A stretch of DNA of 54,250 nt, the filler included, from Squatina squatina (Eukaryota): NCBI GenBank assembly GCA_031763465.1. It is 3 parts of 3 records of this genome, joined end to end, with 100 filler letters (N's around TTAATTAATTAA, not from the genome) between each part and the next. Parts side by side here need not be neighbours in the genome. Positions count along the whole stretch, not along the records: positions 1 to 13,493 come from JARFOE010000194.1; positions 13,594 to 40,046 come from JARFOE010000121.1; 1 more part is not named here. One strand, 5' to 3'. Each line of letters opens with the position of its first letter. Position 1 is the stretch's first letter. Below are positions 11,116-21,476 of this stretch, piece by piece. Position numbers and translations under genes: made by a program. The notes under the pieces were generated by a model. The model saw only the letters and a list, made by a program, of their open reading frames with translations. It was not told the DNA's origin and did not search any database.

Positions 11116-12471
11116 TAGTTGTATTTCCTTTCTGGAATTTCCTACAGATTGTTTTTACAGATGACTCCAGATGGAAGTCATAATTTGTCTGATGAATGCT
11201 GCATCAATTAACATTTTAATCATGCTGTCCCTCCATGAAAGAGAATCTTTATCAGCCAATTTATGAACAAGAAGTCTGCCTGGTTCAGACAGATTGAATA
11301 TTTCTGGTTCACCATTTTGGTCTTGGCAGGTTCTATAATGGGTGATCTGTTTCCCCCAGATTAGTAACCAGATGAAGGTGAAAATTACCCCCACAGACTC
11401 AGATACAAATAGACATTGTAAGGCATTGCAGGGCCATATTAAAAATTGAAATATTTGCCACACAATTAAATGTCAGGTTACCTAGAATTCTACAATATTT
11501 AATATTTCCAAATAGTTTTGACCTGGTTCTTAATTTTCTTTGCATGCTATCCAAATAAGTATTCTGGACCACAGAAGCACAAAGCCGGTAAGGACTTCAA
11601 AATTCCATTTTGTGATACTAGCAGAAGTGTATGGAATTGCTTTGCCTGCTATTTAGCAATGGTGTCATCACATTTAATTGGTAGGAAGAACGAGGAGAGG
11701 CAATATAAACTGAAGGGGGTGGGGTGTGAATACNNNNNNNNNNNNNNNNNNNNNNNNNNNNNNNNNNNNNNNNNNNNNNNNNNNNNNNNNNNNNNNNNNN
11801 NNNNNNNNNNNNNNNNNNNNNNNNNNNNNNNNNTCTTTGGATTTTTGTGTCCTGCCATTTATGCACACTAATTCCTCAGTCTCTAGTGCACACACTGAAA
11901 TTGTGCTGTATATTTGTCATGCATCATTTCGGTGTAGTTGCTCAAATGTTGAGAATCTGCATCTTGAGAGAGTTAAAATAACTGAATTTATTTTTGCCTC
12001 ACTTACCTGGTTACTTTAGAGAATTCTGCCTTTCCTCAAGGATGTTCAGCGTCCACTGGGTAAGGGAAGAGTCTTGAAGGCATTTAATGTTTGCTAAATG
12101 TTCCATTTGCTTGCATAACAGTCACTGCACTCCAAATGTAATTCACTGTAGAGCATTTTGAGACGTTTTGACTTGATAATGTGCATCATAAATGCAAGTG
12201 TTTTTAATGACCTAATTGGGGCTACAACTCATTAAAGATTCTTACGGTCTGTGTATATACCCATACTGTTAGAGGGGTTGGGGTTTAGCCTGGTTTTTTT
12301 CTGACTAGCAGTAAAACTCAGCTGTTTTAATCCACTCCTCAAATTTTTTCTTATTTCATCTTTCTCTCTCTGTACAGAAAATGCCAGAAGGGTCGGAGGA
12401 CTGTAGGCACTGGCAGGCCCATTGACATCCATCCCCTGTAACTGTTCCAGTATATCCATCCAATCCTGACA

Positions 12472-12573
12472 ATGGCGCAGGGCAGCCAGCAGATTGATAT
12501 TCAGGTGCTGCATGACCTCCGGCAGCGCTTCCCTGAGATCCCAGAAGGAGTGGTGTCTCAGTGCATGCTGCAG
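12472..12573 (+). CDS. TAB3: TAB3 first coding exon (CUE domain N-terminus); exon likely starts at 12378
   Basis: [34 protein letters not shown], then donor gtact. [13 protein letters not shown] is TAB3-type (TAB2 has KFPEVPEVVVSRC). It lies downstream of DMD in the same orientation, as at human Xp21. Confidence 0.92.
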
Positions 12574-13244
12574 GTACTGTGTGAAAATAGGACCCATCAG
12601 CTGCGAAATACCTTTTTGCATTTTGGAACAGCAGCAAAGTAGAAGTTTGATGTAGTTGTATGCTCTTCGTGCTGCTTTAATAATTGCATAGATGCTAACT
12701 CAATGTCACTGTAAAGTTAAGTAGAAGGTTTTACTGTCCAAAGAGGGTTATTGTGACTGATTACAAAGGACCTCCAGTTATGGCTTGACAATTCTTTTAC
12801 TATAGTTTGAACCAAAAATCTCTAAAGATTACAACCAATATAAACCATTCTTAATATAAATGTTCCAGAGTTTTTTGCACATCCCCCAGAAATGCATCAC
12901 CTTGGATACTTGGGAGGGGGCATTTAATGTCTACAACTTTAAATTTTCTTCCTTTGGCTGTGTATGAAACTGATACAAAGCTTGAAAAGATAGCGTGACA
13001 CCCAAAAAATAAACTACGGTATCTTTGGGATATTGTCCAGTTAAGGGAGGAGACAAAGTTCAAGGCACTTCTGAAGGATTGCCACCAGATGGAGTAACAT
13101 GATAAAACTGCTGATGGTTATGTAGGTATGAATGCTATCAGACTACAACCAGATCCAAGCATTTGTTTACATTTAAAGTTGTCTCCCGTTAATGCAACAG
13201 GACTAAGGTGCGTCTAATGAATCCCAGGAAGTGACGTAGTTCAA

Positions 13245-13493
13245 TTCGAAACCAGGGTCTTAAATCTAAACTAAGGAAACTACGAAGGTGCAAGTTGGCT
13301 GTGGTTGATTGGGGAACTAGACTAAAGGGAATGACAGCAGACAAGCAATGGCTAGCATTTAAAGAATTAATACATAGTTTGCAGCAAATATATATTCCTT
13401 TAAGGCATAAAAACCCAAGTGGTCCAACCGTGGCTAACAAGAGAAATTAAAGATAGTATTAAATCAAAGGAAGAGGCTTATAAAGTTGCCAGA
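13245..13493 (+). mobile_element. CR1 LINE ORF2 fragment (endonuclease-RT linker)
   Basis: Decayed VDW...LKGMTADKQWLAFKELIHSLQQIYIPLRHK...PWLTREIKDSIKSKEEAYKVAR. Confidence 0.75.
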
Positions 13494-13593
13494 NNNNNNN
13501 NNNNNNNNNNNNNNNNNNNNNNNNNNNNNNNNNNNNNTTAATTAATTAANNNNNNNNNNNNNNNNNNNNNNNNNNNNNNNNNNNNNNNNNNNN
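13494..13593. other. Artificial scaffold linker N44-TTAATTAATTAA-N44
   Basis: Six-frame stop 12-mer at 13538-13549, centred in a 100-nt N block; identical to the one at 40091-40102. Confidence 0.95.
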
Positions 13594-13775
13594 TTGCCAG
13601 AGGGCTGTGGAGGCTGAGACCTTGTGTATATTTAAGTCCGAGATAGATCTCTAATCAGTAAGGGAATCAAGAGTTATGAGGGAGAGGAAGAAAGAAGTGG
13701 ACTTGAGAAATGTCGGATCAGCCATGATCCAATTGAATGGCGGAGCGGGCTCGATGGGTCTAAGCAGCAGTGAGA
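13594..13775 (+). mobile_element. CR1 LINE 3' end
   Basis: CCAGAGGGCTGTGGAGGCT...GATCAGCCATGATC...GAATGGCGGAGCGGGCTCGA tail, shared with 34600-34930. Confidence 0.8.
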
Positions 13776-14033
13776 ATGTGACCAGTGCAATATTTGGTTT
13801 CCTAAAAGAATAAAAATCTTTTTAGGCGTATAATACAATAGCAATAATAGAATGTGTATTGTCTTATTACGCTGGTGATTTAAGCTTAAAAGGCAGCAGG
13901 CTTGATCTCTATTGGGCCACCCAACCATCTCTCCTATTGTTACTTTGCCAAGATCTACATATGCACAACAGTACTACTACATCTTTATTTAATGATTAAT
14001 TATATAGTGAAATCTGACTTTGACAGCTCTTAC

Positions 14034-14429
14034 CTCAGTTACGTAAGCACCACTTAGATCAGATTGCACTTCAACGTCCTGTCGGAGGTCTGATTCGTTA
14101 ATATTTACATCTGAACCCATCACATCTTCACTACCGTCAGTGGTCAGGTTGGATTGGCCAATTTCTGTTTCAGTGAGGTCTGTCTGACCTGTGCTTTGGT
14201 CTTCAGTTAACTTTGCCTGCTCAATCTCACTGTAAGCGTCGGTTTCAAGAGACGTGGAGTTAATCTGATGCTCTGTCAAATCCGTCTGGTCGATTTCTGA
14301 TTCAACTGTCAGCTCAGCTTGGGTTATTGAAGAAGTGATGTCGTCAGTGGCAACCGCGTGGATGATGACACTGGGATGTGTCATTTGTACGCTGACATTT
14401 TCATTCGTGCCGTGAAGAAGAGTATCAGG
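14034..14429 (-). CDS. DMTF1: DMTF1 C-terminal acidic-domain exon (396 nt, phase 0-0)
   Basis: cag|PDTLLHGTNENVSVQMTHPSVIIHAVATDDITSSITQAELTVES...SDLSGAYVTE|gtaaga. Recalled human sequence is PEHLLNTSDNVTVQCHTPRVIIQTVATEDITSSISQAELTVDS...SDLASAYVTE. Confidence 0.9.
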
Positions 14430-14739
14430 CTGCCAAGATATGTCAAAATTGGTTGGGTCAACGTAACACTTTCGCCAGTAATATTTTTTAAACTATAAGC
14501 CCTTAGTTCATGAACTGCACCCTTTAAACAATCACTGCAAATTAAACATGCAACAGGTTCAGGAAATATTTCATAACCTTTTCAAAAAAGGAATTTATAA
14601 TGGAGAGATATGGGGACAAATAGAATCAAAAATACAAATGTTTACTATTTGATGTAAGCTCTCAAATTCTATACATATTNNNNNNNNNNCTTGCATATAG
14701 CACATCCAAGTAAATGTGAAATTTAAAGTATGACGAGCT

Positions 14740-15004
14740 AGACTGCCGATGACACAAAGATAGAAGGCAGTGTAGATAAAAGCAATAGATTAAGTGAATG
14801 GGCAAAACTGTGGCGAATGGATTTCAGTGTAAGCAAATGTGGGCTCATCCACCTTGGACCTAAAAGGATAGAACAGGGCACTTTCGAAATGGCGAAACAC
14901 TGAAAACAGTGGATGTCCATCGATCATTAAAATGTCAGGAACAGGTACAGAAAATAATCAAAAAGGCTCATGGAATGCTGGTCTTTATCTCTAGAGGACT
15001 AGAA
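14740..15004 (+). mobile_element. CR1 LINE RT fragment
   Basis: ADDTKIEG...RLSEWAKLWRMDFSVSKC...QVQKIIKKAHGMLVFISRGLE, with frame disruptions. Confidence 0.85.
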
Positions 15005-15104
15005 NNNNNNNNNNNNNNNNNNNNNNNNNNNNNNNNNNNNNNNNNNNNNNNNNNNNNNNNNNNNNNNNNNNNNNNNNNNNNNNNNNNNNNNNNNNNNNNN
15101 NNNN

Positions 15105-15262
15105 TTCACAGGAGCAATTATCAAACAAAATTTGACGCCAAGCCACAGGAGGAGATATTAGGCACAGGTGACCAAAAGCTTGGTCAAAGAGGTCGGTTTT
15201 AAGGAACGTCTCAAAGGAGGAAAGAGAGGCAGGGAGGTTTAGGGAGGGAATTCCAGAGCTTG
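15105..15262 (-). mobile_element. L2 LINE 3' fragment
   Basis: Matches the L2 3' ends at 17712-17940 and 25800-26010. Confidence 0.75.
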
Positions 15263-15799
15263 AAGGATTGCGATGTCCCAGATCTCTTTAGTTATGGATT
15301 GCAGAGTTCCAAGCCATGTCTGGGAGTGTGGTTAACTGGTGCTGTCACCAAATACTTTGAGGAGCATCAACCTCAACAATGATGTGCTTCTTCACTCTGT
15401 GACTCCTAGTACCTGACCAGGAACGATACCTTCCCTCACTCTGTAATACCACATTCTATAGTAATTTACCTCAGTAAATGCCTTGGCTTGTATTTCCACC
15501 ACTTAAGCTGTTTAAATCCCTCTAGTCACGGCTGATTGGCGTACTGTGTGGGTCCCCATGCTTTAACCCATTGAGTGAAAATAGTAAAATCATGAGTACA
15601 CCAGCAGGGTTTTATTAACCCTGAATAGACCATCAAGGACCACTTCAGTACGTTGTGGTATCTTGCACTTGAAATCTTATATTTTCGCTCCAAATTTTTA
15701 TATATACTTTCAAATTTTGGGATGTTTTAATAATAATTCTGCATGAAACAGTCTCAATCAAACTACTGCATTAAAATCTAATTTCAGAAAGTGGCTGAA

Positions 15800-16055
15800 T
15801 AAGAACACAAGAAATAGGAGCAGGAGTCGGCCATTCAGCCCCTCGAGCCTGCTCCACCATTCAATAAGATCATGGCGGATCTTCGACCTCAACTCCACCT
15901 TCCTGAACTATGCCCATATTCCTCGATTCAAAAATCTATCGATCGCGGAGTGAGTGTACTCAATGACTGAGCCTCCACAGCCCTCTGGGGTAGGGAATTC
16001 CAAAGATTCACCACCCTCGGAATGAAGAAATTTCTCCTCATCTCAGTCCTATTAT
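15800..16055 (-). mobile_element. CR1 LINE 3' end
   Basis: GGAGCAGGAGTCGGCCATTCAGCCCCTCGAGCCTGCTCC is the reverse-complemented CR1 tail, followed by the LWNSLPQRAVEA coding end. Confidence 0.85.
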
Positions 16056-16477
16056 CTCTAATCAGCTCTCACTAAAACTGACTGTATTTCAGAGATGTTT
16101 GAAATGAGGTGTGTATAAAATAAGTCTGTAAATAGATGGAACTCCAAAAATGTTTTGTAAGAGCTAATTGTGTGCCGTGGCTTCAATTTACCGAACTCAC
16201 TAATGTAACCAGCTCTATTTACAGAGCTGAAGGTACCAAACAGTTAGGTGAATGTCTTTTCCTCGGGCATGTTTTATGGATCTTAGACATAGGACAATGA
16301 CTTGTGTACAGGATGACAAAGGATCTTTACTGACATGACAAAGCGATTTACACAGTGGAATTTAAAATAACAAACTGTCTATCGCTGCTGATTTTAAGCC
16401 AAAGTGATATACAAAAAGGACTGTATAACGTTGTGTTATATTTTGGTTAGGTTACCAGGTATAGAATATAATTTTAC

Positions 16478-16587
16478 CGGTGTTGCAAGTGTCTTTCATC
16501 AGCCTGCATCGGTCTTTCACTGAGGAAGCACTCCTTCCCAGAGCTGCCCCTATTGTTGCCCAGTCATTACCATGCTTAGATCGTAAC
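16478..16587 (-). CDS. DMTF1: DMTF1 Myb-repeat exon (110 nt)
   Basis: tag|G LRSKHGNDWATIGAALGRSASSVKDRCRLMKDTCNT G|gtaaa. Human is LRIKHGNDWATIGAALGRSASSVKDRCRLMKDTCNTG. Not in the ORF track. Confidence 0.95.
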
Positions 16588-16879
16588 CTAAATATTAAGC
16601 AAAATAAATTTTCAATATATTTTCATTTTACCGGTAACATCAAGCAACATACTGTACGATAAATCTTTTCAATAAACTCATTACTAGCATTTCAATAGCA
16701 GACTTTTGAGAGTCTCAATACCACACAAAATGTGTGAACTCATTTTTAAACTATGAACTATTACTTTCCTATTTGATGTNNNNNNNNNNNNNNNNNNNNN
16801 NNNNNNNNNNNNNNNNNNNNNNNNNNNNNNNNNNNNNNNNNNNNNNNNNNNNNNNNNNNNNNNNNNNNNNNNNNNNNNN

Positions 16880-17215
16880 TTCAACCACTCCCTGTGGTAG
16901 CGAGTTCCACACTCTCACTACCCTCTGGGTAAATAAGTTCCTTATGAATTCCCTATTGGATTTCTTGGTGACTTTCTTTTATTGACGGACACTAGATTTG
17001 TTCTTCCCCCACAAGCCCCCACTCACAATATTATCAAAACCTTTCATACTTTTAAAGATCTCTATTAGGTCACCCCTAAGCCTTCTCTTTTCCTCTTACC
17101 CAGCCTGTTCATCCTTTCCTGATACCCTCACATTTCTGGTATTATCCTTGTAGCTCTTTTTTGCATCCTCTCCAATGCCTTTATATCCTTTTTAGAATAT
17201 GGTGACCAGAATTGT
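16880..17215 (-). mobile_element. CR1 LINE fragment
   Basis: Minus strand reads as decayed QFWSPY...RLRGDLIEIFKSMK...FTQRVVRVWNSLP. Confidence 0.75.
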
Positions 17216-17329
17216 AAAGGTTTTTTGGAAACATTTTGCTACTTATTTTCTTCAGCTGTTCATGAAAGTTAGTATGGGTTTAGAAAAGACCAGTCACTTT
17301 CTAACAACTTTAAAAGAGCTCTTTTAAGG

Positions 17330-17650
17330 AAATAAGAGTGTATTGATAAAGGAAATGTAGTGAATTCTGAAAGGGCATTTAATAAGATGCTACATCGAAG
17401 GCTGACACAATTAAAGCACACAATATTAAAGAGAATATGAAAGCAGGGTTAGGAAGTTTAAGGACAGAAAACAAAGCACAGTTGTTGATAGATGTTCTTG
17501 GACTGGAGGAATGTGGTTATCCCATCGGGATCAATGTTGGGGACATGGTTCATAATCCATATAAATGATCTGGATTTGGGTATGGGGGTTTGATAACAGA
17601 AACTGCAAACACAAATTAAGATGCATGGGCAACTGAGAAGAGGACTGTTG
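17330..17650 (+). mobile_element. CR1 LINE RT fragment, highly decayed
   Basis: Remnants of KAFDK, GSMLG and IYINDL-like motifs. Confidence 0.55.
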
Positions 17651-17711
17651 ACGACTACAGGACATAAACAAGTAATATTTTGAAGATAGAGGTTCATATG
17701 AAATTTACAAT

Positions 17712-18480
17712 AACTTGCATTTATTAACTTGCTTTAATGTAGGAAAATGTCACAAGGCATTTCACAAATGTATAGTCAGACAAAAATGGACACCGTCCAA
17801 AAAACAAGAAAGTAGGAGGGGTGACTAAAAGCTTGGTAAAATCCCTGGATTTTAAGGACGGTCACAAAGGAGGGGAGGGAGGTGAAGAGGTTTAGGAAGG
17901 GAATTTAGGGGTTTAGGAAGGGAATTCAGAGGTTAGGGCCCAAACGGCTGAAGGCACAGCTGCTGGCTGGAACTGGGAGAAGTGCAAGAGGCCAGGGTTG
18001 TAGGGACAGAGTCCTAAGGAGGGTCGTAGGGCTGGAGCAGGATATAGAGATAGAGAGGGGAGACACCATGAAAAGATACAAACAACATTTGATGATAAGT
18101 ATTTGAAATTGATGGCATTGGGGGACCAGGAGCCAAAATAAGTAAGAGAGCACACAAGCGATGGGTGAGGGGGGCTTGGTGCAGAATAGGATATGGGCAG
18201 CAGACCTTTGTATAACCTGTAATTTATTGAGGCTGCTGGATAGAAGGCCAGCCAGGAGAGCATTGCAATAGCCAAGACTGGAGGTGACAGCAGCATAAAT
18301 GAGGGATTCAACAGCAGATGGACTGAAGCAGGCAATGATACGGAGGTGGAAGTAGGCACTCCTTAATGATGGAGAGGATTATGGGGTCAGAAGCTCAACT
18401 AAGGGTAAAATAAGGCCCAGATAATTAATAGTCTGGTTCAATGTGGGACAGTTGCTGGAGAGCGGATGGATTCAGTAGCA
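17712..18480 (-). mobile_element. L2 LINE 3' portion
   Basis: Reverse complement of the L2 region seen at 8180-8498 and 42773-43425, ending in the ATAAATGCAAGTT tail. Confidence 0.85.
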
Positions 18481-18490
18481 AAGGTACTTA

Positions 18491-19138
18491 GGGTCCGATA
18501 TTCATAAGCTTTACGGTGCGGAAACCGGCTTTCGTCCTGCCCGCCACTAAATTTGTCATTCCGGGGTGGGAGCGAGCCACAGCAGCGTCGGCCTCACTCC
18601 GAGCGGAACTGGCGTGGCCGGCCTGGTACGTCGCTGGCGTGGCCTCGGCACCACGCCGGCGACGTCAGTTGCGTGCTGACGTCAGGAGCGCTGCCAGGCC
18701 TCCCTTAAAAGGGGAGGGCCGTCGGCCATCCTGACAGCGCTCCGCGACCCGACACTGGGCCACCAGGGATGCCGCCAACCGGGCCACCAGCCTGGCATGC
18801 CAGTCGGCCGATAAATTAAGGTGGTGGCTGGAGGGGCACAGGCCCTCCCCTTTAACAGGGCTGTTGCAGCGAGAGGTTTCACTGTCGCTGCAACCGCCCG
18901 GCGCTGCGGCCGAATGGGCTGCAAAGGGTATTGCGGCTGCGCGGCATGGGTCGGTGCATGTCTTTCTGATGTCACGTGCCGACCCGCCGCAGAATACAGC
19001 TGGCCAGGCGCAAGGGCCCCAACTAAATTTGCCGTGCTGCGAAATGGCCACCTCCTGCCACCATTTTGTCCTGTTTCGCCCCGTTAGCGCCCCTCGCAGG
19101 CACTAACGGGGCGCAAGAGGAGATAAATTTCTCGCCCC
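18491..19138. mobile_element. GC/CpG-rich MITE-like element
   Basis: Abrupt CpG-rich island with imperfect termini (GGGTCCGATATT / AATTTCTCGCCCC) and internal inverted TTAAAGGGGAGGGCC motifs. A homologous copy lies at 41948-42210 in the opposite orientation. Confidence 0.65.
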
Positions 19139-19211
19139 GAGTCCTTTGTGAAGAACCAGATTTAGGTTGTTGGAAGTGAAGTTGTTCATGTGTTTTTCTT
19201 TCTTTTTGCAG

Positions 19212-19302
19212 GGTGGGAGGTGGCAGGAGATCATGTTCACAGTGGAATTGGAGGATCTGACAATGACTATCTCATATTAAATCTGCACATTCCCGGCTTC
19301 AG
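19212..19302 (+). CDS. ELAPOR2: ELAPOR2 (KIAA1324L) internal exon
   Basis: cag|(G)[29 protein letters not shown](S)|gtttgg; human is [31 protein letters not shown]. Sits between DMTF1 and GRM3 on the opposite strand, as in human. Confidence 0.93.
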
Positions 19303-19399
19303 GTTTGGCAGCTTTTGCTGAAGTGATTCAAAACTTGTCTGAAGATCTTGCTATAAAATGAATGGAAGTTTCTGACGCATCTTCTGCTATTGTGCTTAG

Positions 19400-19502
19400 C
19401 TCACCAATTTCAACAATGCGATCGACTGGAACAGAAGTGGGGAGGATTACCTTTATTTTTGAGACTCAGTGTGTCGGAGACTGTGAGTTATACTTCATGG
19501 TG
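19400..19502 (+). CDS. ELAPOR2: ELAPOR2 next exon (after a 97-nt intron)
   Basis: tag|C SPISTMRSTGTEVGRITFIFETQCVGDCELYFMV|gtaagt; human is [34 protein letters not shown]. Phase is consistent with the previous exon. Confidence 0.92.
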
Positions 19503-19544
19503 GTAAGTGCATAACATTTCACAGCACCAGAGACCATTAGGCCC

Positions 19545-19725
19545 GTTACACCTTGGCCGACTCACTGAACGAACTGTCCACTGAGTCGCTTTGCCCAGAT
19601 CCTTCCATTTTTTCTCTTATTAAAAAATATTTTTCCATTTTTCTCTTAAAAGCTGATGGAGATTCTGCATCCGCCGCTGTTTTGGGTAGGTTACTCCAAA
19701 TCGTAACGACCCCCTTCACAAAAAA
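19545..19725 (-). mobile_element. CR1-like LINE 3' fragment
   Basis: Minus strand FFVKGVVTIWSNLPKTAADAESPSAFKRKMEKYF resembles the CR1 ORF2 C-terminus. Confidence 0.6.
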
Positions 19726-19787
19726 TATTTCTCCGAGCGTCGCCTCTTCGTCGACCTCCAGCCAATTTCCCCTCGATTGCAGGATAG

Positions 19788-19849
19788 CTTTACGAGGGGC
19801 CGGTGGCCCTTTACGAGGGGCCGGTGGCCCTTTACGAGGGGCCGGTGGC
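19788..19849. repeat. Tandem repeat, 21-bp unit x3
   Basis: CTTTACGAGGGGCCGGTGGCC repeated at 19788, 19809 and 19830 (last copy one base short). Confidence 0.95.
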
Positions 19850-20254
19850 GGGTAGGCCACTCTCTGATGTTCTGGGATTCACCGGTATTGTGCTGAGTCT
19901 CAGCAGCACCACTGACTTGTGGTGAGCTCACCTTGCACGAAGACGTGAGTTAAGCGAGAAACATTACCAAGCACGCTCAGAGCCGCGAGAGCTGAACTTT
20001 TCCTAACTGCACTATTCCCGCGATAAATTCCGAAGCCAATTTGAAAGTCGAATTTAAATCTGGTTTAAATTGGCCTTTATGAATTTGACAGCGCAAAACC
20101 CACTTATTGGTACTGCATAGAATCGAAGAATTCCTTGAGGCAAGGTGTGTGGATGCTCATTGCTCTTATATCTTTAGTTCATCGTTTAGGCTCATAGACC
20201 GTATTTGAAGAAATAATTTGATTTTGATTAAGGATATTGCAGACAAGTGTTTGA

Positions 20255-20595
20255 ATAGAAACATAGATAGAAGATAGGAGCAGGAGTAGGCCATTCGGCC
20301 CTTCGAGCCTGCTCCGCCATTCAATATGATCATGGCTGATCATNNNNNNNNNNNNNNNNNNNNNNNNNNNNNNNNNNNNNNNNNNNNNNNNNNNNNNNNN
20401 NNNNNNNNNNNNNNNNNNNNNNNNNNNNNNNNNNNNNNNNNNNTCACGACAGAGAGAGAGAGAGTTTTTGTTGGGTAAGGTATCAAAGGACGTGGAGCAA
20501 TGGTGGGAAAATGGAGTTGAGCTGCCAATCAGCCATTGTCTAATTGAATGGCGGAGCAAGCCCGAGGGGCTGAATGGCCTCCTCCTGTTCCGGTA
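20255..20595. mobile_element. Two CR1 3' tails in opposite orientation flanking a gap
   Basis: 20255-20343 is a minus-strand tail; 20465-20595 is a plus-strand tail (GAATGGCGGAGC...GAATGGCCTCCTCCTGTTCC). Confidence 0.8.
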
Positions 20596-20951
20596 TTCCA
20601 CTCGTTTGTCATCTTTGTTAGGAATGCTGCATGACTTGCTGTATACTTTCTGACCGTCCATCGTTCCCACTAAACGGGCAGTTGTCTGTGCTAAGAAAGT
20701 GTACAGAAGGATTTAGTACGTGCATCTTAAGTGTTTGTGTGGGACCCGTGCACGGTCGGGAAATATACCCTGGTTAAAAAGAGAGGAAGAGGATACCTTT
20801 TTTTTTGAAGTGTTTAAACGACTGAAGACATTGGGATGTGGTGTTTAAAGTTTCAGTGGGGGAGTTTATGTGGATTTTTCAGGGCTCTTCTGCCAAAGTT
20901 ATGGTGACGAATGGACAGAACCCCACAGAATTCATCCCCCTTTTTACTTAC

Positions 20952-21126
20952 AGTGTGAGTGACTAGTGACAGTTCCGCTGACACTGAACCTGTTCAGGGT
21001 GAGTCTGTGGCTGGTGACGTTCTTCTGTGGCTGAAACACAATAATGTGCACCTTGGGAGCAAAGAGACACCCCAGCACCACAAAGCCGCTCAGGCTGACT
21101 GAGATACACATGGTGGTGGTCTGCAC
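20952..21126 (-). CDS. GRM3: GRM3 penultimate coding exon (TM7 and proximal C-tail, 175 nt)
   Basis: cag|VQTTTMCISVSLSGFVVLGCLFAPKVHIIVFQPQKNVTSHRLTLNRFSVSGTVTSHSH T|gtaagt. Confidence 0.95.
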
Positions 21127-21476
21127 CTGTGGAACAAGGGCAATTGTTAAACTGCTGAACACAGTCTTAAAGCCTGCAGGAAAACACTGCGCCATGGGCC
21201 AAAGATTGTAAAAGTGATTGTTCCAAATCACCATTTAGTTATGGATCTGAATTGGGAATCCGGTACAACAGTACTACAGTTAGAGTTATCCTGAAATCAA
21301 ATTTATTCTTAAAAAAAAGTCACATGGTGGAAATTACTGCCAGTTATCTTATCTTTTGAACACTTAATGTGTTTGTATCAAATGACTCTCTGCACTATTT
21401 TAGCAGAAACATCAAGCGCTTTAAAATGAATGGGTTATTGCCTCTGTTAAAATAGTAGAAACAGCAATTTGATAAT

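Noticed and set aside
12232-12637. Minus-strand ORFs of 129 and 93 aa
   Set aside because: Antisense shadows of the TAB3 exon.
13538-13549. TTAATTAATTAA as a biological motif or transposon target site
   Set aside because: Centred in N runs and repeated identically at 40091, so it is an assembly linker.
18516-19106. Several GC-rich ORFs and a possible CpG-island promoter
   Set aside because: A related copy at 41948-42210 shows it is a repeat; the ORFs reflect low stop frequency at high GC.
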